This document shows positions 9,004 to 17,737 of a stretch of 64,000 bases of DNA, in pieces. The notes under the pieces were generated by a model. That model was not told the origin of the DNA. It ran no database searches and saw only the letters and a list, made by a program, of their open reading frames with translations. Position 1 is the first letter of the stretch, and the number at the start of each line of letters is the position of its first letter. The stretch comes from a virus. Location of the stretch: the IMG/VR virus record IMGVR_UViG_3300044684_000224, positions 14,820-78,819 of that record; one strand, given 5' to 3'. The position numbers and the translations under genes were made by a program.

Positions 9004-9528
9004 CTAGTTACTACCGATGGTCAAGCCGATACCAGCATGCGCCACGTCAGGCGTGAACACCTGCGTACCACGGTGCGATACCGTCACCGAATAGGACGCC
9101 TCGTTCAACGGGATGTCGGACACAGAGAACGGCAGTACACAACTGGGCAGGACAGTCCCCATATCCGGTACGCCCTCACCGAGTGCGCCAGTTCCCAGAA
9201 CCTGACCCTGTGGCCCGGTCACGACAACCGCAGTGCCCGGCACAAGATCCGAATACGGGCCTTCGCCCTGGCAGTTCGTGCTCGTCATCACCAAATCCGC
9301 AAGCCCGATAGTAGGCACCACTGTTAGCGAACCACGGAGCGTGAACGTCGCGGGCGCGCTCGGTGCAGGTTTCGACGTGAACGCACCGGACAGGGCAAGT
9401 GTCCCTATGATGATGACTGCGGCTAACGCTGCGCTGAGTACGCCGATTGCGATCCAGAGCGGGCGTCTCCTTGAGGGGAAACTCTGCGGCAGCGGCGACT
9501 GGGGTGGCGGTTCGAGCGGCATGGACAT
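9004..9528 (-). CDS. Membrane-anchored beta-rich protein
   Basis: Pro-rich N-terminus, one TM helix, two Cys in an Ig-like ectodomain. Confidence 0.65.
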   Translation of the reverse strand: MSMPLEPPPQSPLPQSFPSRRRPLWIAIGVLSAALAAVIIIGTLALSGAFTSKPAPSAPATFTLRGSLTVVPTIGLADLVMTSTNCQGEGPYSDLVPGTAVVVTGPQGQVLGTGALGEGVPDMGTVLPSCVLPFSVSDIPLNEASYSVTVSHRGTQVFTPDVAHAGIGLTIGSN

Positions 9529-9641
9529 AGCGGCCCTCTCGGGTGGCGTGTTCGACCGTCCGGGTATCGGCCCGGTCGCCGTGGGCGTTACGCGGGTCGC
9601 GATGACTCGATCTGCGTAACAGTATCGGGTGCGTCGCCTTT

Positions 9642-9983
9642 TCAAACGTCCTGACGAAGGTCCGGATTCGCGGCACGGATAGCCGCGACGAGTTCGTGTG
9701 CCTGACGTGCTTGTTTCCGGGGTATCTCTTCCACCAGGTACTGGTCGCCGTTGCGGATCGTCAGGTGCAGCACGCCTTTGTCCTTTTTCGCCGCCAGGGC
9801 GAATACCCCGAGGACAGCCACCCTGGTCAGGGTCGCGTGCCGATCGGGGCCTGTGTCGCTGAGCGTGGCCACCGCGCCGGCAAGCGGGATCCGCACCGGC
9901 AGGAAGCCGCCTTTGGGGGGTGGCCCGACGATCTCGTGTCGACGCTTATTGATGTAGATCTTCACCGATGTCCCCTTCTCCAC
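9642..9983 (-). CDS. Hypothetical protein
   Basis: 113-aa ORF; internal GTG start possible. Confidence 0.55.
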   Translation of the reverse strand: MEKGTSVKIYINKRRHEIVGPPPKGGFLPVRIPLAGAVATLSDTGPDRHATLTRVAVLGVFALAAKKDKGVLHLTIRNGDQYLVEEIPRKQARQAHELVAAIRAANPDLRQDV

Positions 9984-9987
9984 AGGT

Positions 9988-10434
9988 TCAGCGGCAATCT
10001 TGGGGCGCCCGTTTCGCGAGGACGCTCACGTCACCGTCCCACACGTCTTGCGGCGGGAGGGGGTACGCCTCGTCTCCGTTCAGCGCCCAGATCTGGTCGG
10101 TGTACTGGCTGGCCTCGCTGGTGGTGTCGGTGACGTGGAACAGCGCCTTGCTCGGGTGGTTGGGGTCGCAGTAGACGACCCCGCCGGCGATGCCGTCGAA
10201 AGGCCAGTCCGCGCCAACATCGGCCTGGCTGACGCGGACGGATGTGATGTCCGCCTGGGTCGCGGTGGGTGTGCCGGCCGTCCCCGACGGGGACTGCCCA
10301 CACCCAGCGGTGATCACTCCCACTGTGAGCACGGTGGCGATACCGGAGATCCACCCGCCGCCGCGCGGCTTTATCGAGGACACGACACAGGTCCGGACCA
10401 TCAGGCACTCCAGGGCTGGGGGGGCATGCTGCAC
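9988..10434 (-). CDS. YebY/DUF2511-like lipoprotein
   Basis: Lipobox-like TAGC, then VSQADVGADWPF..VYC..ALF..WALNG.A resembling DUF2511. Confidence 0.55.
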   Translation of the reverse strand: MQHAPPALECLMVRTCVVSSIKPRGGGWISGIATVLTVGVITAGCGQSPSGTAGTPTATQADITSVRVSQADVGADWPFDGIAGGVVYCDPNHPSKALFHVTDTTSEASQYTDQIWALNGDEAYPLPPQDVWDGDVSVLAKRAPQDCR

Positions 10435-10637
10435 CGGTATCGCGGCGGCTGGTTCGCCGGTTACTCCTGGCCTGGAATTGTCACGGATCTGTCCATGCCG
10501 TGCTGCACGTGATCCCGCTGGCCCTAGGACTACATACCACTGGCAGGGTCATGCGCGTACGACGTGGTGCCGCGGTCGCTCGTGCGGGTGGTGATCCGGC
10601 GGATGGTCGTGGTGGTCATCGGGTGGTCCTCTCGGGG

Positions 10638-11075
10638 TTAGGCGGCCGTGGTGAACGCGGCGAACGGGTCGACCGGCCGGGCCAACTCGACGGGCTCGAC
10701 GTGCCTTCTCGGCGCTGGAGCGGTGTAGCCACTCAGGGCCTCGGCACTGGCCAGGTGGTAGCAACGGCGCCCGTATTGGCCGGCTTTGCAGGTGCAGGTC
10801 GCGGCGACCGGGTTGACCTCGTACAGCACCGTCCCGTCGCTGGACACGGCCAGGTAGGTGCAGCCGATCACCGGGACGATGCCGCCGTCCTCGATCAGCT
10901 CCAGCGCCTTCTCGGACACCTCGACCGGATCACCCTTCGCCGCGACGGCCTGTTCAACCTTCGCGGCACAACCCCGGCCGTAGCCACCGTTGCGCTGGGC
11001 CTCGGCGATCGACCGGGCCGAGGTGAGGGAGCGACCGCACTTCCGGCACGTGATGTGGGCGGTGGTGGTGGTCAT
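10638..11075 (-). CDS. DUF6011-like zinc domain plus SWIM zinc finger protein
   Basis: CRKCGRSLT..GYGRGC and CTCKAGQYGRRCYH (CxC..CxH). Confidence 0.75.
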   Translation of the reverse strand: MTTTTAHITCRKCGRSLTSARSIAEAQRNGGYGRGCAAKVEQAVAAKGDPVEVSEKALELIEDGGIVPVIGCTYLAVSSDGTVLYEVNPVAATCTCKAGQYGRRCYHLASAEALSGYTAPAPRRHVEPVELARPVDPFAAFTTAA

Positions 11076-11100
11076 GATTACCGCTCCCTTGCTGCTCAGC

Positions 11101-11165
11101 GCTAGTTTCTATCCATATAGAAACTAGCATCGGCACCGGCGGACCGCAAGGGGTTTCTATCCATA
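11101..11165. promoter_or_regulatory. Operator pair between divergent genes
   Basis: Perfect 12-bp inverted repeat GCTAGTTTCTAT-CCAT-ATAGAAACTAGC (11101-11128); GTTTCTATCCATA recurs at 11153-11165. Confidence 0.7.
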
Positions 11166-11189
11166 GAGATAAGCCGATACGCTTCCCTC

Positions 11190-11450
11190 ATGAGCGAGGA
11201 GGGCCAAGAGCCGAAACGGAAGCCGGGACGACCTCCGACCGGCCGCACGCCCGTCCGAAGCGTGCTCATGTCGAAAGCCCGTTGGGATCACCTCGGCACG
11301 GCCAGCGCGTCGGCTGGCAGCAACCGCAGCCAGGTACTGAATGACCTGGCCGCTTGGTATCTCCGCGAGCCGCACGCCAAGCTGCCCAAACGCCCGGACG
11401 CCCCGCCCGCCGAGCAGGCCGAGGACGACGCGCCGGCCAGCGACGAGTAG
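11190..11450 (+). CDS. Ribbon-helix-helix-like small DNA-binding protein
   Basis: PGRPPTGRTPVRSVLMS..W..L..RSQVL...YL pattern; probably leaderless (TACGCT 7 nt upstream). Confidence 0.65.
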   Translation: MSEEGQEPKRKPGRPPTGRTPVRSVLMSKARWDHLGTASASAGSNRSQVLNDLAAWYLREPHAKLPKRPDAPPAEQAEDDAPASDE

Positions 11451-11461
11451 CCGCACGAGCA

Positions 11462-11968
11462 TCACGACGTCAATGGCCTGTTGGTCGGCGGCGCGACCTG
11501 CGGTGATTCAGAGCGACCAGCGGTTTTGCCGGTAGCTCGGACGGCGGCGCACTCCGGTCCAATGCCGCGCATCTTCGAGTCGGGGTCAGTCAGCGCCTTG
11601 CCGCAGCAGCCGCAGCGCCCGGTGAGTTTGCCGAACTGGATGCGGTGCTCGTCGAGGTCTTCGCCGATCTCAACGATGTCGGTGGCGCGCTGGAACTGCC
11701 GCCCGACCAGGGCAATGGCTGCGTCGTACTCCTCGAACGTGATGCCGTTGCCGAGGAGGATCGACTGCCGCCACGCATCCCGGCCAACCGTGCGGCCGTT
11801 CTTGTACGTGCGAGGTGTCTTCCGCTCGTACAACGTCCATCCGAGCAGGCGGTACGGGTCGTCGTCCTCGTAGACGGCCACCGCGTAGTAGCCGCGGGGA
11901 ATGGTGTGCCAGTCGGCGGCGGCTAGCTTCGCCTGCCGCTCTGCGAGCCAATCTCGGCTGTCCGTCAT
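11462..11968 (-). CDS. DUF6011-domain protein
   Basis: FGKLTGRCGCCGKALTDPDSKMRGIGPECA. Confidence 0.75.
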   Translation of the reverse strand: MTDSRDWLAERQAKLAAADWHTIPRGYYAVAVYEDDDPYRLLGWTLYERKTPRTYKNGRTVGRDAWRQSILLGNGITFEEYDAAIALVGRQFQRATDIVEIGEDLDEHRIQFGKLTGRCGCCGKALTDPDSKMRGIGPECAAVRATGKTAGRSESPQVAPPTNRPLTS

Positions 11969-12252
11969 GACGTCACCCGCCCGACGTTGCGTCCGACGAT
12001 CAGCGCGTCCACCCGGGCCGCGGTCGCGTCGTCGCTGGCGCGGATCTCGCCCAGCAGCCGCGCCCGCACCAGGTGCAGGTCCCGCACGGCCGAGTCGATG
12101 GCGGACACCGCGTCATTCGCCGCGCGCCGCACGGCCGGCTGCGCCTTGGTGTCGTCCCGCATCGCCCACAGGGCCGCGGCGGCGGACAGGTCCTCGACGC
12201 GCTCACGGATGTCAGTGACCACGTCCACGGTGCGGCGGGTGGTGTCCGTCAT
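11965..12252 (-). CDS. Hypothetical helical protein
   Basis: GGAGG RBS; ATGA coupling. Confidence 0.6.
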   Translation of the reverse strand: MTDTTRRTVDVVTDIRERVEDLSAAAALWAMRDDTKAQPAVRRAANDAVSAIDSAVRDLHLVRARLLGEIRASDDATAARVDALIVGRNVGRVTS

Positions 12253-12361
12253 CGTGTCTTCCTCCGCAGCCAGCGTCGTAGCGCGGTGCGGATGCGGCGG
12301 CCGCGGGTGATCCTGGCATGCCGGCTGGCGCCTTGGCGGTTGAGCCACTGCTGGAGGTCAC

Positions 12362-12586
12362 TCACCGCGCACCCCGACGGCCGAGGGCGGTGACGATGAG
12401 GTGGGCAGCCTCGAACGCGACCCAGCCGATCAAACTGAAGGTGCCGACGTAGAGCAGGAGCCACAGGCCTGCGGGGGCGGCGGCGAGGATGCCCATGATC
12501 GTGGCGAGAAGGACGGCGGCTGGGATGAGGATCCCGGCGGCGCGCTGGTTGGTGCGGCGCACGGTGGACGAGCGGCTGGTAGGCAT
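12362..12586 (-). CDS. Small membrane protein
   Basis: Two hydrophobic helices; GGAG RBS. Confidence 0.6.
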   Translation of the reverse strand: MPTSRSSTVRRTNQRAAGILIPAAVLLATIMGILAAAPAGLWLLLYVGTFSLIGWVAFEAAHLIVTALGRRGAR

Positions 12587-12835
12587 GGACGGCTCCTAAG
12601 GTCGAAGGTCGTCCAACGAGATCAACAAGTGCCCACAACTCGCCTGATAACCTGGCGTGTAGCGTCCTGACCTGGGCTGCAATAACCCTGGTCGGCGTAG
12701 CGGTTAACCCGGTGACACCCCCAAGATGCCTGGCGAACCCATGCGCGTCCAACCGAGCCGGGCCCGGCATATGACCAGTGAAGACACCCGTTGATGTAGT
12801 TGGCTGCCGGCTAGCGTAGCGCACACTCACCGGAT

Positions 12836-13768
12836 ATGGTGAAAATCGTGTCCGACGAACTCTCTGACCTTCTGCGCAGCTTCCAGATCCACGTCCGTGC
12901 CGAGGGCCGCGCGCCGCGCACGGTGACCATCTACAGCCAGGCGGTCCAGTTCTTCGCCGCGTGGCTGACCGACCAGGGGCGCCCCGCCACGACAGACGAA
13001 CTGACCAAGGACAACATCCGGCGGTGGCTGGCCGAGTTGGGCGACACCAAGAAGCCCGGCACCGTACTCACCCGCCACATCGGCCTGCACAGGTTCGGCC
13101 GGTGGCTGGTGGCCGAGGAGATCCTGACCAAGCATCCGATGGACGGCCTGGAGCAGCCGCAGGTGCCCGCGTCGCCGGTGCCGGTGCTGTCGGATGAGCA
13201 ACTCGCCGCGTTGCTCAAGGCGTGTGCTGGGGCACGGTTCTACGACCGGCGCGACGAGGCGGTGATCCGGCTGCTGCTGGACTCCGGGCTGCGGGTGTCG
13301 GAGCTGTGCGGGCTGCCCCGGTGGAAGCCGGGCGAGGGGGGTGCCGCGGTGGGGATCGACGTGGCCGACCAGATGGGCATCGTGCTGGGTAAGGGCAGTA
13401 AGGCGCGGGCGTTCTACTTCGGTGCCCGCACGGCGCGGGCGCTGGATCGGTACCTGCGGGCGCGGGCCAAGCACCGGCACGCCGACAGTCACGCGCTGTT
13501 TCTGGGTGAGCGGGGTGCGCTGACCCCGGACGGTGTGCGGGAGATTCTGCGGGTGCGGGCAGAAACGGCCGGCATCGGGCATGTGCACCCGCATCAGCTC
13601 CGGCACACTCACGCCCATGACTTCCTGCTGCACGGAGGCCAGGAGCGCGACTTGAAGCGGCTGATGGGCTGGTCGTCGGACACGATGCTGGAGATCTACG
13701 GGGCGTCGGCCGCCGACGTGCGGGCGGCGTCGGCGGCGCGCCGGATGCGACGTGGCGATCGGGTGTGA
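12836..13768 (+). CDS. int: Tyrosine integrase/recombinase
   Basis: SAM-like N-terminus, LLDSGLRVSEL (Arg), GKGSK (Lys), HPHQLRH (HxxR), LMGW and EIY (catalytic Tyr). Confidence 0.93.
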   Translation: MVKIVSDELSDLLRSFQIHVRAEGRAPRTVTIYSQAVQFFAAWLTDQGRPATTDELTKDNIRRWLAELGDTKKPGTVLTRHIGLHRFGRWLVAEEILTKHPMDGLEQPQVPASPVPVLSDEQLAALLKACAGARFYDRRDEAVIRLLLDSGLRVSELCGLPRWKPGEGGAAVGIDVADQMGIVLGKGSKARAFYFGARTARALDRYLRARAKHRHADSHALFLGERGALTPDGVREILRVRAETAGIGHVHPHQLRHTHAHDFLLHGGQERDLKRLMGWSSDTMLEIYGASAADVRAASAARRMRRGDRV

Positions 13769-13903
13769 CCATTCGTGGAGGGTCATTTTGCCGACGCTTG
13801 ACCTCGCGGTTTGGCACTCTGTAACCGGTCTTCACCCAATCGGGTGAAGATTAGATTAATCTGTAGCGAACGGGTGGTGCCAAGAGAAACAACGCATGGA
13901 GGA

Positions 13904-13916
13904 CCCCCCCCCCCCC
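13904..13916. repeat. Poly-C homopolymer (13 C)
   Basis: Direct count in the sequence. Confidence 0.85.
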
Positions 13917-14188
13917 GTCGATATGGATCAAGGACGGTCTCCATGTGTACACGGCCGCTGGCCATCGCTGCTGGCATGAGCGCTGCTCTTATGCTGTGGT
14001 TTATTTACCTGACAGATCATGGTCACACTTCGCCGACCGTGTGGACCAGTGCGGGCACGGGGGCGTGTGTTGTCGCGTGGTGGTACTGCTTGGCGGATTG
14101 GCGGCTGGCGAGAGGGTCGAAAGAGGGCCGCAGCCCGAAGAATGATGGGGACGCGGACTCGACAGTGCGGCGACTCGGCTCGCGGTGA

Positions 14189-14578
14189 TCACATTGGTGT
14201 TGCGTCCCTTTTGATCTCGCACAGTTTCGCAACGATGGACTGCGCCTCGGACGGTGCCACGAGCACCGTCCGAGGCTTATTGGTTTCCTTCGGGCCGACG
14301 ATGCCGTGTTCTTCGAGTTCGTTCATCAACAGGTTGGCCATGCCGTAGCCACCGCGGAGCTTCCTTGCCAGCATGGCATGTGAACCGTACTGGGATGTTA
14401 TGACTAGCTCGGCTGCGAGTGCGATGAGAGGGGCTTCTGGTGGCGCGATCGTGGGCGTCCACCGTGCCCAGGGGTCGGCCTGCTGCCTGGATCGTCGTGG
14501 CGGTGGGGGCACGGTGGGCCGCTCGGCGATGCGGATGAGGGACGAGATGAGCGCGAGGATCGCTCTGGCCAGTTCCAT
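14189..14578 (-). CDS. Stand-alone FtsK gamma (KOPS-binding winged-helix) domain protein
   Basis: AAELVITSQYGSHAMLARKLRGGYGMANLLMNELEEHGIVGPKETNKPRTVLV matches the FtsK-gamma consensus; no motor domain. Confidence 0.85.
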   Translation of the reverse strand: MELARAILALISSLIRIAERPTVPPPPRRSRQQADPWARWTPTIAPPEAPLIALAAELVITSQYGSHAMLARKLRGGYGMANLLMNELEEHGIVGPKETNKPRTVLVAPSEAQSIVAKLCEIKRDATPM

Positions 14579-14586
14579 TGTGGCTC

Positions 14587-14991
14587 CTATCCGGTTCGCC
14601 GGCGCCGGAACGCGCGCTGTTCGTTGATCCAGTCCACGGCGTCGTTGAGGCGTTTCAGGGCCTCGTTCCGGCCGTGTTTGTCTTCCCAGAACTTGTAGAC
14701 ATCCATCAGTTCCCGCTGTTCCTCTGTGAGCGGCGGGGGCTGTTCTCGTTCCAGTGGCAGTGGGTCGCCGCCGGCAAGGACAGACTCGAACGAGCCGGGC
14801 CCTAGGCCGATCACCGGCTCCATCTGCGCGGCCTTGTGCGCCTGCGGCAGTCGTGTGCCGTCTTCGACGCCGGTCCAGGTGCCGCGGTCGACGCCCGCCT
14901 GCGCGGCCGCCGACCGGATGCTTAGTCCTCGCCGTGTGCGTTCTCGGCGCACTATCTCGGCGAGCCGTGCCCTGTGTCCCCCGACTGGCAT
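14587..14991 (-). CDS. Immunity repressor (CI-like XRE HTH)
   Basis: RERTRRGLSIRSAAAQAGVDRGTWTGVEDG; divergent from a Cro-like gene and near the integrase. Confidence 0.85.
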   Translation of the reverse strand: MPVGGHRARLAEIVRRERTRRGLSIRSAAAQAGVDRGTWTGVEDGTRLPQAHKAAQMEPVIGLGPGSFESVLAGGDPLPLEREQPPPLTEEQRELMDVYKFWEDKHGRNEALKRLNDAVDWINEQRAFRRRRTG

Positions 14992-15127
14992 GGTGGCTCC
15001 CTATTGCCCGGTTTGGTTGTGGACTCTAGTGGAACTTGGCCGCACTGTGTAACCCCTTCGCCACATGTTGACGTGTGTGGTCGAGGATGGTTGTGGAATC
15101 TGGTGGTACTTGGTAGCGTCCGGTGGC

Positions 15128-15370
15128 ATGGGACCGAATCCGCCGAATGTCGCCATCGACGGTGACGAGCTGCGGACGAGACGCAAGTTCGCGGGCTACT
15201 CGCAGATCGAACTGGCCGAGCAGGCGGAGATCACCAACCGCTACGTCAGTGAGATCGAGCGCGGCAACCGAAAGTTCGTGAGCCCCGCCGTGTTCGTCCG
15301 TCTCTGTGACGCCCTCGACATCCGACCCGACCAGCGGTGGAAGCTCGTCCGTTCGGCGGTGGCGTCGTGA
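15128..15370 (+). CDS. Cro-like XRE HTH protein
   Basis: LRTRRKFAGYSQIELAEQAEITNRYVSEIERG. Confidence 0.85.
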   Translation: MGPNPPNVAIDGDELRTRRKFAGYSQIELAEQAEITNRYVSEIERGNRKFVSPAVFVRLCDALDIRPDQRWKLVRSAVAS

Positions 15371-15639
15371 GCACCACACCCGCGCAACGCTCCGCCAACG
15401 CCTCCATCGCCGCGCACAGCATGTGGGCACGTTGCCCGGACCGGGCCAGACGTCTGCGCAACGCGCACGCCGCCCTGGAGGCCCGCATCGCCCGTGACTT
15501 CGGCATCCCGGCCGACCTGCCGCCGGCCGAGTACGCGACGCGGATCGAGTCGGCGAAGCGGGCCTACTTCGGGCGGCTGGCGCAGCGGTCGGCGAAGGCG
15601 CGGGCGGCGAAGCGGTTACGAGCGGGTGAGGCGGCATGA
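15367..15639 (+). CDS. Conserved actinophage hypothetical protein
   Basis: ASIAAHSMWA..AKRAYFGRLAQRSAKAR, a family I recognise downstream of Cro; GTGA coupling. Confidence 0.7.
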   Translation: MSTTPAQRSANASIAAHSMWARCPDRARRLRNAHAALEARIARDFGIPADLPPAEYATRIESAKRAYFGRLAQRSAKARAAKRLRAGEAA

Positions 15640-15916
15640 ACGCCCGCACCACCCCGCCCGGCATGGTCGACATCCGGCGCCGCCCCGACGAGAGCGCCGA
15701 GCAGGCCCTGACCGGTGACCCGGACGACAAGAAGTCGAAGCCGGTGGAGCAGTCGAAGCCGGCCGGGAAGGACGGACCGAAGTGACCTCGCAGCCCAGTG
15801 ACGACGAGATCTTGGACGGTCTGGCCCGGAACCTCAACCAGGGTGCTGAGCGGGCCGCTGAGGACCGGGCCACGCAGCGTGCTGCTGATGCGGTGAAGAA
15901 AGGGGGAAAGTCGTGA
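15636..15916 (+). CDS. Two tiny coupled ORFs (15636-15785 and 15782-15916)
   Basis: ATGA/GTGA overlap chain linking the Cro operon to the Cas12 gene. Confidence 0.5.
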
Positions 15917-17589
15917 GCGATTTCGATCTCAACCAGGCGGTCGCCGACGTGCCCCATTCGACCCCCCTGGCCGACTACGCAACAGTCGTCTATCAGTACG
16001 GATGCCCGCACTGGGCGGACTTTGACGACATCGCGATGGAGCAACTGCGGTTGGCTCACAACCTCCGTAACCGTCTTGTCGAGATCGAACTGGCACACGA
16101 GGCGGCGCTGGCCGCTGCTCTCGCCGAGGACCCTTCCGTTAGTGCCGCGCAGGCCGCGCTGGCGGATGCCGACCAGGCAGTGAAGGACCTGGAGGAGCGT
16201 CTGCTGCGGGAGCGGGTGACGGATCGGTCTCGCGTGGCCCGAGTTGAGACGAAGGGGGCCATCAAGGCTGCGCGTGCCGCGCGGTCGGCTGCCAAGGTGG
16301 CGCTGAAGGCTGCGAAGGCGGCTGCGCGGGCGACACAGCGGGAACGTCGTGGAGAACTCCGGGACGCCCACATGGCCGCGCTGACCCAGGCGCGTGCCGC
16401 TGCGGTTGCTGACGGGCTGTTCTGGTCGACCGCGACCGATGTGTTGGACCACCATCGGGTCGCGGCGAAGGCAGTGATCCGTAAGCGTGTCGCTGGCCAG
16501 CCGGCCCGGTTGCGGTTTCACCGCTGGGATGGGTCGGGGACCTTGACCACGCAGGTGCAGTGGCAGACGGGAGGCCCGCTGCCGTCGCCCGCCGCGCTCG
16601 CCGCCGGGTGGGGTGGGTTGGCGACGTTGTCGCCGTGCGGCGACCCAGCGGTGCGTCCCCGGGGCGCCGAGCGGTTCGGCGAGCTGGCAATGCGGGTGCG
16701 CAGCGCCGACCATGGCGGGGATCACCGGCTGGTCGTCCCTGTGATCTTGCACCGGTGGATGCCGGCGAATGCGGAGATCAAGCGTATTCAGGTGAGTCGC
16801 CGTGCGGTCGCGGGCCAGCACCGGCTGTTCGTGTCGGTGACCTGCCGTGTGCCGGCGCCGGTGCCGTCCCGGTCGAGGACGGCTGTCGCGGTTGATGTGC
16901 AGTGGCGCGGTGTCGGTGACGGCAATGTGCTGGTGGCTCGGGTGGGTGTGTCTGGCGGTCCGGTTCCTGCGCCGCCGGATGCGGTGCGCGAGTTGTGTGT
17001 GTCGCGTCCGGGTGGTGTGGACATGCACGCCAGTGCCGAGTGGCGGGCGGTCCTGGCCCGTGGTGAGCGTATCCAGTCGGTGCGTGACGAGATGCTGGAC
17101 GACCTGCGGCCCCGGCTGGTGGAGGCGCTGGCCGACGCGGCTGTTGCCGACGCGGTGGGTGTCACGGGTGCCGTGGTGGCGCGGTGGCGGTCACCGGGTC
17201 GGTTTGCGCGGTTGGCGCGCGTGTGGCCGCAGGATCATGCGCTGGCGGTGCCGCTGGAGTTGTGGCGCGCGCGGGATCGGCACCTGTGGGAGTTCCAGTC
17301 GCATGAGCGCGCCCAGATTCTGGGTCGGCGTCGCGAGGTGTACCGCTGTTTCGCGGCGTGGCTGGCGGGGCACGCGTCCGTGATCGTGGTGTCCGATGTG
17401 GATATCGCTGAGGCGCGGCGGCGGCCGGATGTGTGCCAGGACGATCCGCATGGTGCGCGTGGCGCGCGGCGTCTGGTGCAGTTCGCGGCGCCGGGGGAGT
17501 TGCGGGCGGCGATCGTGGCCGCTGCGGCTCGTCGGGGTGTTGAGGTGTTGTTCGCGTCCCAGTCAGCGACGACTGAGGTGGCGGCATGA
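15913..17589 (+). CDS. cas12m: Cas12m-like (type V-M, formerly V-U1) effector, C-terminally truncated
   Basis: Motifs shared with MmCas12m as I recall it: EQLRLAHNLRNRLV, long REC coiled coil, GLFWSTATDVLDHH, RLRFHRWDGSGT, PVILHRWMPANA, RuvC-I AVAVDVQWR, VVARWRSPGRFARLA, RuvC-II VIVVSD, FAAPGELRAAIV; adjacent to 36-bp CRISPR repeats. Confidence 0.85.
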   Translation: MSDFDLNQAVADVPHSTPLADYATVVYQYGCPHWADFDDIAMEQLRLAHNLRNRLVEIELAHEAALAAALAEDPSVSAAQAALADADQAVKDLEERLLRERVTDRSRVARVETKGAIKAARAARSAAKVALKAAKAAARATQRERRGELRDAHMAALTQARAAAVADGLFWSTATDVLDHHRVAAKAVIRKRVAGQPARLRFHRWDGSGTLTTQVQWQTGGPLPSPAALAAGWGGLATLSPCGDPAVRPRGAERFGELAMRVRSADHGGDHRLVVPVILHRWMPANAEIKRIQVSRRAVAGQHRLFVSVTCRVPAPVPSRSRTAVAVDVQWRGVGDGNVLVARVGVSGGPVPAPPDAVRELCVSRPGGVDMHASAEWRAVLARGERIQSVRDEMLDDLRPRLVEALADAAVADAVGVTGAVVARWRSPGRFARLARVWPQDHALAVPLELWRARDRHLWEFQSHERAQILGRRREVYRCFAAWLAGHASVIVVSDVDIAEARRRPDVCQDDPHGARGARRLVQFAAPGELRAAIVAAAARRGVEVLFASQSATTEVAA

Positions 17590-17703
17590 ACACATATGCC
17601 AGCGCGAAGGCTTCGTATTCGCGACAGCGACCAACTGGTCAGCTGGACGGCGATTTCGGTGAGCGTGGTGGAAATGCCAGCGCGAAGGCCTCGTATTTGC
17701 GAC
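17590..17703 (+). CRISPR. Degenerate mini-array (2 repeats, 1 spacer of 42 nt)
   Basis: 5'-eroded repeat 17590-17625 (last 30 nt have 2 mismatches) and repeat 17668-17703 (2 mismatches to consensus). Confidence 0.85.
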
Positions 17704-17737
17704 CCGTCCATGAACTGACCCACAAGCAGGAGGCGAC

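Noticed and set aside
12590-13940. attP/attL site near the integrase
   Set aside because: No tRNA 3' fragment or duplicated core identifiable within the window.
15913-17589. IS200/IS605 TnpB transposon
   Set aside because: No TnpA or IS ends, no zinc ribbon, larger REC region and adjacent CRISPR repeats favour Cas12m.
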